DNA of 64,000 nucleotides from Planctomycetota bacterium (GTDB lineage: Bacteria; Planctomycetota; UBA8108; SXIK01), in the NCBI GenBank assembly GCA_965223265.1, contig OZ244999.1, positions 4,896,001 to 4,960,000 on the forward strand, given 5' to 3'. Positions 47,984-57,887 of this stretch are shown in pieces (position 1 is the first letter of the stretch; each line of letters begins with the position of its first letter). The translations under genes and the position numbers were made by a program. Under the pieces are notes generated by a model, which did not search any database, was not told where the DNA came from, and worked only from the letters and a program-made list of their open reading frames with translations.

Positions 47984-49504
47984 TCAACCCGACGAGCCCG
48001 TCTCGCTGCGCTCAGGCAACGGGTGTTTCCCCGCTTCCTCGCGAAGCGAGTCGACGCTTGCAGTCGCTCTGAGGTATTCACACAAGATCCCGACGTTGTC
48101 GACGAACGCTTTGGTGAACACGATCGGTTGACGTTCGCCTCCGCGCTTGAAACGCCCGAGCCGCACCCAGCGCCCGCGGTCGTCCAGAGTGTCGATTGTA
48201 CGCCGCACCTGTCGCTCGAAACGACGCCAGGCCTGCCCATCGAGACGTTCATCACGGCGCGGCAAAGCATGAGGTCCACGTGCTCTCAGCGCGGCATACT
48301 GCGCTTCGATTCCATCAAGCCGACTCGTCACCTTGAAGTCGTAATGCTCGGGCATATCGCCGTCGTCATACGTCAGCTCATAGTCATGCGTGAAGTAGAG
48401 CGGCCGATTCGTCCGCAGCTCGTTGAAACGAGGAATGCGGCCACTCGGGAGCTCACAGCGACGCAAATACGCCAGAGCTCTCGGCAGCGGTTCGAGAAAA
48501 CGCTCTTCGCCTGTCCGCCGGTAGAGGAGCAGGAGAGTCTCGAGAACCGTTTGAGATTCGCGCCCCGAGATGGCAGGCGGTTCAAAGCGGCGCGCCCACG
48601 CCGGATGCATTGCCGCGTCGTACTGCTGCGCCCACGCGGGCTGCGGTTCGGGCATTTGTGCGAGAAGGATGAAGTCACCCGCCTTCTCTGCGGTGCTCGC
48701 GTACTCAGCTCGATCATACACCTGCGCGGCTTCGAGAAAGAGAGTGATCGTCGCTGGAATGGCTCGATCATTGAACGTGTAGTGCGACCAGTAGGAAGCT
48801 CCTTGATAGGTCCGCGACCAAACCTCTGGGTACGATGCTCTGAGGACGGCAGATCGAGGCGACGGTGCGGTACCGTCGTAGCGCTGCGGCCAGGCGCCGT
48901 TCGGAAACTGCGCCTTGGTCAACTGTGCGAGACCATACTCGACCGCCTCATGAATCGCCTCGTCCTGAAATCCGAGAAGCTGATCGATCCGCATGAGGAA
49001 CTGAAACGCCCGTTGAGTCGTTCGGTCGTCGAGAACCGTCGTGTTTGCGCCTCCAGGCGTGGAGTTGACGCGATAGTTGTGAAGAGGTCGACGCCGCGGA
49101 TCAAGCTCGATGCGGTAGTGCCAGCCACCCGACCGCAGCTGCCCACGGATGAGGACCTGCGCGGTTTCGCGCGACGCTTCAAGGTAGCGAGGGTCGCGAA
49201 CGACCTCGTACGCCTCAAGGTAAGCAAATCCGACGCTGGGAGTCGCTGGCGGCTGCACTGTCACCTCGGTGGGCCCTCCCTTGCCCTCCCCTTGACGCAC
49301 TGACAAATCCGCTGCGTACTTGTAGACGTAGCCGCCCTCGTCGGCAACTTCGCTGCGGAAGAAGTCAATGGCACGCCTGAGCGCGTCGAGAGCGTCTCGG
49401 CGCAGCTCAAGGTCGCGGGCGTGCAAACACGGCATGCAGACCAGCCAAATAGTTCCAAACGCACAGCCAACGGCCAGGGAAACCGCACTTCTCTGTTCTT
49501 TCAC
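47984..49504 (-). CDS. Pectate lyase PL10-like (pectic acid lyase family) secreted protein
   Basis: LDDRTTQ, AQFPNGAWPQRY, YTFND, PAWAQQYD, ARRFEPPAISGRES. Confidence 0.8.
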   Translation of the reverse strand: MKEQRSAVSLAVGCAFGTIWLVCMPCLHARDLELRRDALDALRRAIDFFRSEVADEGGYVYKYAADLSVRQGEGKGGPTEVTVQPPATPSVGFAYLEAYEVVRDPRYLEASRETAQVLIRGQLRSGGWHYRIELDPRRRPLHNYRVNSTPGGANTTVLDDRTTQRAFQFLMRIDQLLGFQDEAIHEAVEYGLAQLTKAQFPNGAWPQRYDGTAPSPRSAVLRASYPEVWSRTYQGASYWSHYTFNDRAIPATITLFLEAAQVYDRAEYASTAEKAGDFILLAQMPEPQPAWAQQYDAAMHPAWARRFEPPAISGRESQTVLETLLLLYRRTGEERFLEPLPRALAYLRRCELPSGRIPRFNELRTNRPLYFTHDYELTYDDGDMPEHYDFKVTSRLDGIEAQYAALRARGPHALPRRDERLDGQAWRRFERQVRRTIDTLDDRGRWVRLGRFKRGGERQPIVFTKAFVDNVGILCEYLRATASVDSLREEAGKHPLPERSETGSSG

Positions 49505-49838
49505 GTCGAGATAGAACCTCTGCTTGTCCGGAACTTGCTGGCGCCCGGGTGGGGCTGGTTCTAACAGCCCGCGTCGTCAGCAGCAGCGTCGGCGCGCCGA
49601 GACAAGCGCGGCGACGCGGCGGCGCGGATCGAATCCGTGCATCGCGAAGCTCAAGATTGTATGGGAATTCGTCGGCGACAGCGAGGAATCGCACCGTTGT
49701 CCCGCTTCTTCCACCCTGGTTTACGACTTCGCGACGGACGACCGCACCACGACCAGTACTTTACGGATCTCGCAGCGTGACGTTACACTGGCGGGAGTTC
49801 TACGATCGACTTCAAGGACCTCCCACGGAGACGCCGCC

Positions 49839-51149
49839 ATGGCCCAGTCACGTTCCCTGAACCGCCGCCAGTTTCTCGGTCACGCCGCAGCAATCGCCGC
49901 CGCGCCGTACGTCATTCCGCGCCGCGTCTCCGCTCGCCCCAGTGCAAGCGAACGCCTCACCGTAGGTCTCATTGGCGCCGGCAAGCGCGGCGGAACGTTG
50001 CTGCGAAAGACGCTCAAGTTTGACGACGTTCAAGTCGTCGCGGTCGCCGAATGCGAGAGTCAACGGCGCGAGCACCGCGCAAACATGGCGGATGAGGTCT
50101 ACGCCGCACAGACCGAAAGCGGCAAGTTCAAGGGCTGCGCGCAGTACAACGACTTTCGCGAACTTCTCGAGCGCAAGGATATCGACGCAGTCATCATCGC
50201 GACGCCCGATCACTGGCACGCAATCCCTGTCGTCGAAGCCGCCAAGCGTGGCAAAGACATCTACTGCGAGAAGCCGCTGACGCTAACGATCCATGAAGCA
50301 AAGATGATGATCGACGCCGCGGCGAAGTACGGGGTCATCCTGCAGACTGGCAGTCAGCAACGCTCTGAATGCGGCGGACGGTTTCATCGCGCCTGCGAGC
50401 TCGTCAGGAACGGGCGCATTGGCAAGGTTAAGGAAGTCTACGTCAACGTCGGAGGTCCCTCCCGCCCTTGCGATCTTCCCGAGATGCCCACGCCCGAAGG
50501 TACGGACTGGGACCTTTGGTTGGGACCGGCACCGAAGCGTGGGTACCACGAACGGTTGTGCCCGCGCGGCGTCCACAATCACTTCCCGGCGTTTCGAGAG
50601 TACAAGGAGTACTCGGGTGGCGCCATGACCGATTGGGGCGCACACCACTTCGACATCGCACAGTGGGGACTGAACCGCGACGCCAGCGGCCCGGTCGAGA
50701 TCATCCCACCCGACGGCAAGGACTACCCACACCTGACGTACAAATACGACGACGGTGTCGTCGTCCACCATACGAGCAAGTGCGGTGATGAGGACGTCAA
50801 CGGCGTTCGCTTCGTCGGTAGCGACGGTTCGATCGAGGTCAACCGCAGCCATCTCAAATCGTGGCCGGACAAGATCCTCACCGAAGAAATCGGGGAAAAC
50901 GAGACACGGCTCTACAAGGTGCACGACCATCTCCGCAACTGGGTCGACTGCATTCGCAGCCGTAAGCAACCCATCTGTAACGCGGAAATCGGTGCACGCT
51001 CGGTGACCGTTTGTCACCTCGGCAATCTCGCCTATTGGAACAAGCGGCCGCTGAAATGGGATCCCATCAAGTGGGAGTTCCCCGGCGATGCCGAGGCGAA
51101 CGGCTGGCGCGATCGTCCGCGGCGCGATCCCTGGAAACTCACATTGTGA
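49839..51149 (+). CDS. Gfo/Idh/MocA oxidoreductase, Tat-exported
   Basis: NRRQFL; GLIGAGKRG; TPDHWH; YCEKP; DWDLWLGPAP; DWGAHHFD. Confidence 0.92.
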   Translation: MAQSRSLNRRQFLGHAAAIAAAPYVIPRRVSARPSASERLTVGLIGAGKRGGTLLRKTLKFDDVQVVAVAECESQRREHRANMADEVYAAQTESGKFKGCAQYNDFRELLERKDIDAVIIATPDHWHAIPVVEAAKRGKDIYCEKPLTLTIHEAKMMIDAAAKYGVILQTGSQQRSECGGRFHRACELVRNGRIGKVKEVYVNVGGPSRPCDLPEMPTPEGTDWDLWLGPAPKRGYHERLCPRGVHNHFPAFREYKEYSGGAMTDWGAHHFDIAQWGLNRDASGPVEIIPPDGKDYPHLTYKYDDGVVVHHTSKCGDEDVNGVRFVGSDGSIEVNRSHLKSWPDKILTEEIGENETRLYKVHDHLRNWVDCIRSRKQPICNAEIGARSVTVCHLGNLAYWNKRPLKWDPIKWEFPGDAEANGWRDRPRRDPWKLTL

Positions 51150-54100
51150 CGAAGCTTCTCGTCGCGGCGGTGCCCCCGTCGAATACGACCTACAGTCGAA
51201 CCCATTCGGGAAGACCAAGCACGCGAGTGCGAGGTCAGCTCATGGCGGGTGTCTGGGCGTTTCTCGCGGCGCTTTCAGGGAGTACCCCACAGCTCGGTGC
51301 GCAAGTCGTCATCAACGAGATCCTGGCGCTCAACTACCGCTCCATCACCGACGAAGACGATGATCTTTCCGACTGGATCGAACTGCTCAACACTGGATCC
51401 GCCGCGGTCGACCTCGCCGGATACAGTCTCACCGACGACGAACACCAGCCGCGCAAGTGGATCTTTCCAACGCGCGTGCTGCGGCCAGGTGATCGTACCC
51501 TCGTCTGGTGCTCGGGAAAGGACAGGGTTCACTTGGATCCTGATCGTGTCCGCGACAAGAAGTTGAAGTTTAGCCCCACGCTCATCTCACTGGCGTCCCC
51601 ATGGCACGTCTTGGCCGGTTTACCGAACGAGACTGGACCGCCGGTCGGGTGGGAGACGCCAGACTTCGACGATACGAGCTGGACAAGCGGTCCAGCCGGC
51701 ATCGGATATGGAATCGAGGGCGTCCAAACGGAAGTTCCCGAAGGATCGACGGCGGCGTTTCTTCGCACTTCGTTTCGCTTAGACAGCGAGTTTACCTTAC
51801 CGAATCTGGTCTTTCAGACACGGTTCGATGACGGCTTCGCGCTGTTTCTCAACGGCGAACGCGTTCTCAGTGTCAACGTGCGTGACGGAGATGAGCTGAC
51901 GTTCGCCAGTCGATCGCTGCGCTCCAGCAACCCACACTTGACGATCCGCTACGATCTGACCGAGTCAATGAACCTGCTGAGACCTGGCGAAAACGTCGTC
52001 GCCATCGCTCTATTGAATCTTCGCGAGACGAGCATCGACATGGCGATTTTTCCGGAGCTCGGCAGTGTCGAACAGGCGCTCCACACGAACTTTGGGCTGT
52101 CGAGAGACGGAGACGAGGTCTATTTGGTCGACCCTATGGGTAGGCTGCAAGACGGTGTCGAGTTCCCCGCGCAAACGCGCGACCAAACGTACGCACGGTC
52201 TCCGGACGGGTTCGGATCGTTCTTCTTTCATCTGAATCCAACCCCCCTCATGCCAAACGTCGGGCCGATCGCAGAAATGGCACTGACGACAAGATCGCCG
52301 ACGGCGAGCGAAACGCGTGGATTCTACACGGAGCCGCTTCTCGTCGAGCTGTCGACCGACGAACAAGGGGGCGAGATCCGGTACACTCTCGACGGACGGG
52401 ACCCGACGACAGCGGAGTCTTTGATCTACAGCGTCCCTATCCTGATCGATCGCACGACCGTGTTGCGGGCGGCCACGCTTCGCGTCGGTTCGGCACCTTC
52501 CCTTCCAATCACTCAAACGTATCTCTTCGTCGCCGACATCGCTGGTCAGCCAGCAATGGACCCGAGGATCACCGAGATCGAACGCTATCAAGACGAGATC
52601 GCGCCGGCGCTGACAGCCCTCCCGACTGTTTCTATAGCGACGTCGCAAGAGATCGCCGCGGACCGGGAAGTCGACGCCTCGATCGAACTGCTCGACCCAA
52701 ACGGCGAGCTGGAGTTTCACATCGACGCTGGCGTGCGCTACGTCGGCGGCCATTCCATTGGCTTTCCAAAGAAGAGCATGCGGCTCTTCTTTCGTGGCCG
52801 CTACGGAACCTCCACGCTCGATTATCCAATTTTCGCAGACACCAAATATGGCGAAGGTGCAGCCACGTCCTTCGATCAGCTGCAGCTTCGATCCGGCTCT
52901 CACGATTCCGTCTTCTACCTGGGATCCGCGCAGCAAAGCCCCGCCGACGCCCAGTACCTTCGCAATCGCTGGATGTCCGACATGCAGTTTGAGATGGGGC
53001 ATCTCTCCATTCACGGACGTTTCGTGCACGTCTACCTCAACGGCACGTATTGGGGGCAGTACCACCTCATGGAGCGACCGACGGCGAGCTTCATGGCGTC
53101 CTACGCCGGTGGCAACAAGGAAGACTACGAAGCCGTCAATTCAGGCCGCGGCTTGGGTGAATCAGCTCCGATCTGGGAGAGCGTGCGAACGCTCCGCGAA
53201 AACTACGCAGAGCTATCGCGGCGTATCGATTTCGAAAACTTCGCCGACTACATCCTGCTCAACTTCTATGCAGGAAACGACTGGGACTGGAATCCCAACC
53301 AAAACTGGATGGCGGCCGGGCCGACACGCGTCGATCGCGGTGGATACAAGTTCTTCGCCTGGGACTCGGACATCATCTTCCGACGTACGCGCGACCACAA
53401 CCTCAACCGCGGTGGGCCCGAGAACCTACTTCGTTCTCTGTTCGAAAACGAAGAATTCCGCGTTCTCTTCATGGATCAAGCTCACGCCCTATTCTTTAAC
53501 GACGGCGTGCTGACTCCGCAGAGAGTCGAGGACTCCTATCTCGATCGTGCGAAGGAGATTCGCATGTCGATCGTCGCCGAGACCGCTCGGTGGCAAAACG
53601 GTATGTTGTGGACACGTGACATCAATTGGCTTCGCGAACTCGAGCGCCTGCGCACCGAGTTTTTTCCGCAACGGACGGCCATCGTCGTCGATCAGCTCCA
53701 ACGTGCGGGGTGGTATTCGGCTGTCGAGGCGCCGGTATTCGTGCCGCAGCACGGCGGCGTGATCGACGCGGGGTTTGTCGTCTCCCTCACATCCATCGGC
53801 GGTGAAATCTATTACACCCTCGACGGCACAGACCCGCGGCTGACCGACGGCAGCATTTCGCCGCAGGCCCGGCTCTATCGCGTACCCCGCTCCGTAGTTG
53901 TCGACTCCCGAAGTCCGGCGCGAATTCTCGTGCCAACCGATGAGAGTCTCGGTCTCACCTGGACTCAACCCGACTTTGTCGACTCGCATTGGCTGGCGGG
54001 TTCCGCCGCGGTCGGCTACGAACTCGACAGCACTTACGACGAATTCATCGAAACAGACCTCGAAGCACAAATGAAGGATCGGAGCACGTCGGCCTACATC

Positions 54101-55318
54101 CGCATTCCATTCACGGTCGACGACGTCGAAAACGTCGTGCGCCTGACGCTCGCCTTGCGACTCGACGATGCTTTTGTCGCCTACCTAAACGGAGTCCGCG
54201 TTGCCTCACGAAATGCGCCAGAGGACCCGAGATGGGACTCCCAAGCACGATTCACGCCACCGGATCAAACCGCATCGATTCTGCAGCGAATGGAACTGGA
54301 AGATGCCGTCCCTGCGCTCCTCCGTGGCCGCAACGTTCTGGCAATTCATGGCATCAACCGCCGTACGAACGACCGCGATTTTCTCATTGTTCCCCAGCTT
54401 GCACGAGAGGACTCTTCGGGCGATGCTTTCGCTCTCGACGTGACAACTCGCGTCCGTGCGCGGACGATCCTCGATGGCGAGTGGAGCGCACTGACCGATG
54501 CGACATTCGCCATCCCATCGCCCCTACGGGTGACCGAGATCATGTTCAACCCCGCGCCTCCGACGCTCATCGCTGGCGCCCTCGACGCGCAGCAGTTCGA
54601 GTTCGTCGAACTGCAGAACGTCAGCGAAACCCCCTTCGACCTCGCCGGCATGTATGTCGGAGGTGGGATCGAATTCTCGTTCGCTGACGCCCCCGTCCAC
54701 GAACTGTTGCCCGGCGAATTCGTCCTCCTGGTCAAGAACTTCGATGCCTTCTCGCAGCGTTACGACACTCGTGGGATGACAATTGCTGGTGAATACGCCG
54801 GCAAGCTCAACAACGACGGCGAATCGTTCTCTCTCGTCGGACCGGGCGATGCCGTCTTCGCGAACGTTTCCTTCGACGAATCGTGGTTTTCGGAGACTGC
54901 AGGCGAGGGATACTCGCTCGTGCTGCGCGAAGATGTTCGACCGCCGATCGCCTTTGGCAAGCAGAGCAGCTGGCGACCGAGCGACTTGATCCACGGTTCG
55001 CCCGGACAGAACGACCGCGCGCCGCCCCCGTTCGGCTGGCAAATCCCTGGAGATCTCGACCAAAGCGGCCGTCTCAACGTCTCCGATGCGATCGCTCTGC
55101 TGCGAGTCTTCACGCAGCCGTTCCCAACCCTGCCATGCGGCGACGATCTCGACACGATCGGCCATCGACAGCTCCTCGACCTGAACTCCGACCAAACGCT
55201 CGACCTTGCAGACGGCGTTTTCATGCTGAGCTATCTCTTTCAGCGCGGACCTGAACCGCGGCTGGGGACAAGCTGTCAACCGCTGGCGGGCTGTCCGAAC
55301 CTTTGTGCGGGCGGGTGA
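51146..55318 (+). CDS. Lamin-tail-domain/CotH kinase protein with Fn3-associated domains and divergent dockerin-like tail
   Basis: VVINEILA..DWIELLN; IRYTLDGRDP and IYYTLDGTDP; KKSMRLFFR, VHVYLNGTYWGQY, DWDWNPNQNW, FFAWDSD; PGDLDQSGRLNVSDAI...DLNSDQTLDLADGV; GTG overlaps upstream TGA (alternative start 51242). Confidence 0.85.
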   Translation: MTKLLVAAVPPSNTTYSRTHSGRPSTRVRGQLMAGVWAFLAALSGSTPQLGAQVVINEILALNYRSITDEDDDLSDWIELLNTGSAAVDLAGYSLTDDEHQPRKWIFPTRVLRPGDRTLVWCSGKDRVHLDPDRVRDKKLKFSPTLISLASPWHVLAGLPNETGPPVGWETPDFDDTSWTSGPAGIGYGIEGVQTEVPEGSTAAFLRTSFRLDSEFTLPNLVFQTRFDDGFALFLNGERVLSVNVRDGDELTFASRSLRSSNPHLTIRYDLTESMNLLRPGENVVAIALLNLRETSIDMAIFPELGSVEQALHTNFGLSRDGDEVYLVDPMGRLQDGVEFPAQTRDQTYARSPDGFGSFFFHLNPTPLMPNVGPIAEMALTTRSPTASETRGFYTEPLLVELSTDEQGGEIRYTLDGRDPTTAESLIYSVPILIDRTTVLRAATLRVGSAPSLPITQTYLFVADIAGQPAMDPRITEIERYQDEIAPALTALPTVSIATSQEIAADREVDASIELLDPNGELEFHIDAGVRYVGGHSIGFPKKSMRLFFRGRYGTSTLDYPIFADTKYGEGAATSFDQLQLRSGSHDSVFYLGSAQQSPADAQYLRNRWMSDMQFEMGHLSIHGRFVHVYLNGTYWGQYHLMERPTASFMASYAGGNKEDYEAVNSGRGLGESAPIWESVRTLRENYAELSRRIDFENFADYILLNFYAGNDWDWNPNQNWMAAGPTRVDRGGYKFFAWDSDIIFRRTRDHNLNRGGPENLLRSLFENEEFRVLFMDQAHALFFNDGVLTPQRVEDSYLDRAKEIRMSIVAETARWQNGMLWTRDINWLRELERLRTEFFPQRTAIVVDQLQRAGWYSAVEAPVFVPQHGGVIDAGFVVSLTSIGGEIYYTLDGTDPRLTDGSISPQARLYRVPRSVVVDSRSPARILVPTDESLGLTWTQPDFVDSHWLAGSAAVGYELDSTYDEFIETDLEAQMKDRSTSAYIRIPFTVDDVENVVRLTLALRLDDAFVAYLNGVRVASRNAPEDPRWDSQARFTPPDQTASILQRMELEDAVPALLRGRNVLAIHGINRRTNDRDFLIVPQLAREDSSGDAFALDVTTRVRARTILDGEWSALTDATFAIPSPLRVTEIMFNPAPPTLIAGALDAQQFEFVELQNVSETPFDLAGMYVGGGIEFSFADAPVHELLPGEFVLLVKNFDAFSQRYDTRGMTIAGEYAGKLNNDGESFSLVGPGDAVFANVSFDESWFSETAGEGYSLVLREDVRPPIAFGKQSSWRPSDLIHGSPGQNDRAPPPFGWQIPGDLDQSGRLNVSDAIALLRVFTQPFPTLPCGDDLDTIGHRQLLDLNSDQTLDLADGVFMLSYLFQRGPEPRLGTSCQPLAGCPNLCAGG

Positions 55319-55498
55319 GCCACACGATCTCGCCCGAACCGAGCCGTTACGCCCGTAATTCAGCGAACTCTCAGCAGTTGCTGACTTTTCAAGTTTTCGA
55401 CTGCGGTCCTCTCTCCCTGATTGCGCAGGAAGTGTTGCGGCGACGACGTGTCGCCACTTGTCCACCTGCCTGGCAATACCGAAGAAAGGACCCCTGCC

Positions 55499-57022
55499 AT
55501 GACTCGCCCCCGTACTCAAACCACGATCTCCCCAGTCGTCGCAATCGTCGCTCTCCTCAGCGGTGCTTCGCATGCAACCCTCGACGCGCAGTGCTTCCCG
55601 GATCCGATCGCGATCGAGCTACCGAACTACGCGCCGGCGGTGGGAGGCTGGAGCGTCGCAAACCATCCGCGCCTTCTCGGTGACGTCGACGGTGACGGCC
55701 TCGACGACATCGTCGGCTTCGGCAACGCTGGCACTTACGCCTCATTTTCTTCCGGCGAAGCGTTCTCAGCTCCGTCTCGGATCATCGACGGTTTCGGGTA
55801 CAACAACGGCAGCTGGCGCGTGACGAAGAACCCGCGCATGCTCGGCGACATCAACGGTGATGGCCGGTTAGACGTCGTCGGCTTCGCCAACGCTGGAGTT
55901 GCCGTGTCGTTTTCCACCGGACGCAGCTTCACACCGCTCAAGGTTCTGGTCAAAAGCTTCGGCTATGACGCTGGAGGCTGGCGCGTCGGAAGACACCCAC
56001 GCATGCTGGCGGACGTCGACGGCGACGGCATGGATGACGTTGTCGGCTTCAGCTCAGCTGGAGTCGATGTCTCGTTCTCGCAAGGAGAGACGCTCAACGC
56101 CCCCCAACGTCTCATCGACACCATCTTCGCCTCCTCCACGTGGCTCGTCAGTCGCCATCCTCGGATGCTCGGAGACGTCAACGGCGACGGCAAAGACGAT
56201 GTCGTCGGCTTCGCTGATAACGGCGTTTGGATCGCTCTTTCGAGCGGACGCGTCTTTCAAGCTCCAAGGCACGTCTCGTCGGCGTTCGGACGCGTGTCCG
56301 GTGGTTGGCAGGTGAGTCATCACCCCCGCATGCTCGCCGACGTCGACGGTGACGGCAAAGACGACATCGTCGGCTTCGGGACCGCCGGCGTCTACGTCGC
56401 GTTCTCCACGAGCACCGTATCGGAAGTGTCTGTCGAACGACCGAGACTCATGGTCAACTCCTTCGGCTACAAGCACGGTTGGCGCGTCGCAAGCCATCCT
56501 CGCTTCATGGCCGACGTGAACGGTGACGGCAAAGCAGATGTGGTTGGGTTCGGAAACGCCGGCGTCCACATCGGCCTCTCTGTGGGGAACCGATTCACTG
56601 CGCCGCTCTTTGCGGTCCAGGGGATGGGCGCGAACGCCGGCAACTGGAAGATCGACAGACACCCGCGCATGCTCGCCGACGTCAACGGCGACGGCCGCTC
56701 TGACATTGTCGGTTTCGCCGAGGCTGGCGTTGTCGCACTCCGTTCCCGCGACTGCCCGGAGTTTCGGCGCGGCGACACCAACGACGACGGCGAGCAAACG
56801 ATCGACGACGTCCTCAACCTTCTCACAGGCGACGGAATCGTTTGCGACGACGCAGCCGACGTCGACAACGACGGTGCCGTGACGGTGAGCGACGCCGTTC
56901 TCTTGATCAACGTGCTCTTCAAAGACGCTGACCCTCCTGCGGGGTATCGCATCTGTGCTCCGGATCCGATCGAACCGGTCGATTTCCTCGGCTGTGACGC
57001 ACACAGCAGCTGTTCCGAGTAA
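55499..57022 (+). CDS. Seven-bladed PVL-like (FG-GAP/VCBS) beta-propeller lectin with dockerin-like tail
   Basis: Seven repeats of W.V..HPRMLADV.GDG..D(I/V)VGF; signal peptide; FRRGDTNDDG tail; AAAGGA RBS. Confidence 0.85.
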   Translation: MTRPRTQTTISPVVAIVALLSGASHATLDAQCFPDPIAIELPNYAPAVGGWSVANHPRLLGDVDGDGLDDIVGFGNAGTYASFSSGEAFSAPSRIIDGFGYNNGSWRVTKNPRMLGDINGDGRLDVVGFANAGVAVSFSTGRSFTPLKVLVKSFGYDAGGWRVGRHPRMLADVDGDGMDDVVGFSSAGVDVSFSQGETLNAPQRLIDTIFASSTWLVSRHPRMLGDVNGDGKDDVVGFADNGVWIALSSGRVFQAPRHVSSAFGRVSGGWQVSHHPRMLADVDGDGKDDIVGFGTAGVYVAFSTSTVSEVSVERPRLMVNSFGYKHGWRVASHPRFMADVNGDGKADVVGFGNAGVHIGLSVGNRFTAPLFAVQGMGANAGNWKIDRHPRMLADVNGDGRSDIVGFAEAGVVALRSRDCPEFRRGDTNDDGEQTIDDVLNLLTGDGIVCDDAADVDNDGAVTVSDAVLLINVLFKDADPPAGYRICAPDPIEPVDFLGCDAHSSCSE

Positions 57023-57230
57023 GCGACGATCCGAGCCAGCGGTTGTCTAGAGCCTGCGCCACACACGTAGGCTCTCTTTGCATCGCGAACATGAGCGGCG
57101 CCTGCACCCCAGCGGTCGTGGAGCGACCACCCCGGGCTGCGGCGTGTGCTCCGGTAACGCTCGCCGTCGTTTGCTCAAGGCGGCAAGCTCAGTGTACTCT
57201 CGTGCGACGACGCAGATAGATGAGCTCTAA

Positions 57231-57408
57231 CAGCCCGTTGAAAAAGTCATTCGGCCGAGGAAACTGGCCTCTTCACGCCCAGCTCGACCGCGTCAATACT
57301 CGCCATCAGAATCGAAAAAAGAGGGCCCGAAGATTGCCTGCGTTTGCCGCGGCCGATCTGGACGCGAAGAGACCAGTTTTCGGCTCGAAGCACTTTTTCA
57401 ACAGGCTG
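57231..57408. mobile_element. MITE, copy 2
   Basis: Same 17-bp TIRs as 17606-17764; CTAA duplicated on both flanks. Confidence 0.85.
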
Positions 57409-57441
57409 CTAAGCACGGGACTCCGGATGGGACACAACACG

Positions 57442-57867
57442 ATGACGAAGCAGACGAAACACCCTGGCGGAGCGTTCACGCTGATCGAGCTCATGATCGT
57501 CGTCGCTCTGATCGCCATTGTCGCAGCAGTGGCGATTCCCAGCCTCCTCCACGCCCGCAAGAGCGCCAACGAAACGACAGCGATCGGGTTTCTGCGGACC
57601 GCGGTGACAGTGAACGAGCAATACAAGACGCGCTTCCAAACGTACCCGGCGTCGGAGGTCGACCTGCAAGACGCCGGTCTCATCACAGATCAAGGCCCAC
57701 GAGGGTACGTGCTTGACTTCGTCACCACCGCGCATCGGTGGCGTTTGCGCGCCAACCCGGAAACGCCAGGCCAAACCGGTGATCGTTCGTTCTGGGTCGA
57801 TCAGTCTGGCGTCATTCGCTGGAGCGCCACCGGACCGGCCACATCAACGAGCCCTGCACTTGAGTGA
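57442..57867 (+). CDS. Type IV pilin-like protein (N-methylation motif)
   Basis: GGA-FTLIELMIVVALIAIVAAVAIPSL; ANE..AI..LR; PGQTGDRSFWVDQSGVIR; start 57442 or 57427. Confidence 0.88.
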   Translation: MTKQTKHPGGAFTLIELMIVVALIAIVAAVAIPSLLHARKSANETTAIGFLRTAVTVNEQYKTRFQTYPASEVDLQDAGLITDQGPRGYVLDFVTTAHRWRLRANPETPGQTGDRSFWVDQSGVIRWSATGPATSTSPALE

Positions 57868-57887
57868 CGCGGCCCCACCGAGCCGAC

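Noticed and set aside
57220-57441. N-terminal extension of the pilin ORF
   Set aside because: Derived from the MITE; the prepilin leader begins at 57427 or 57442
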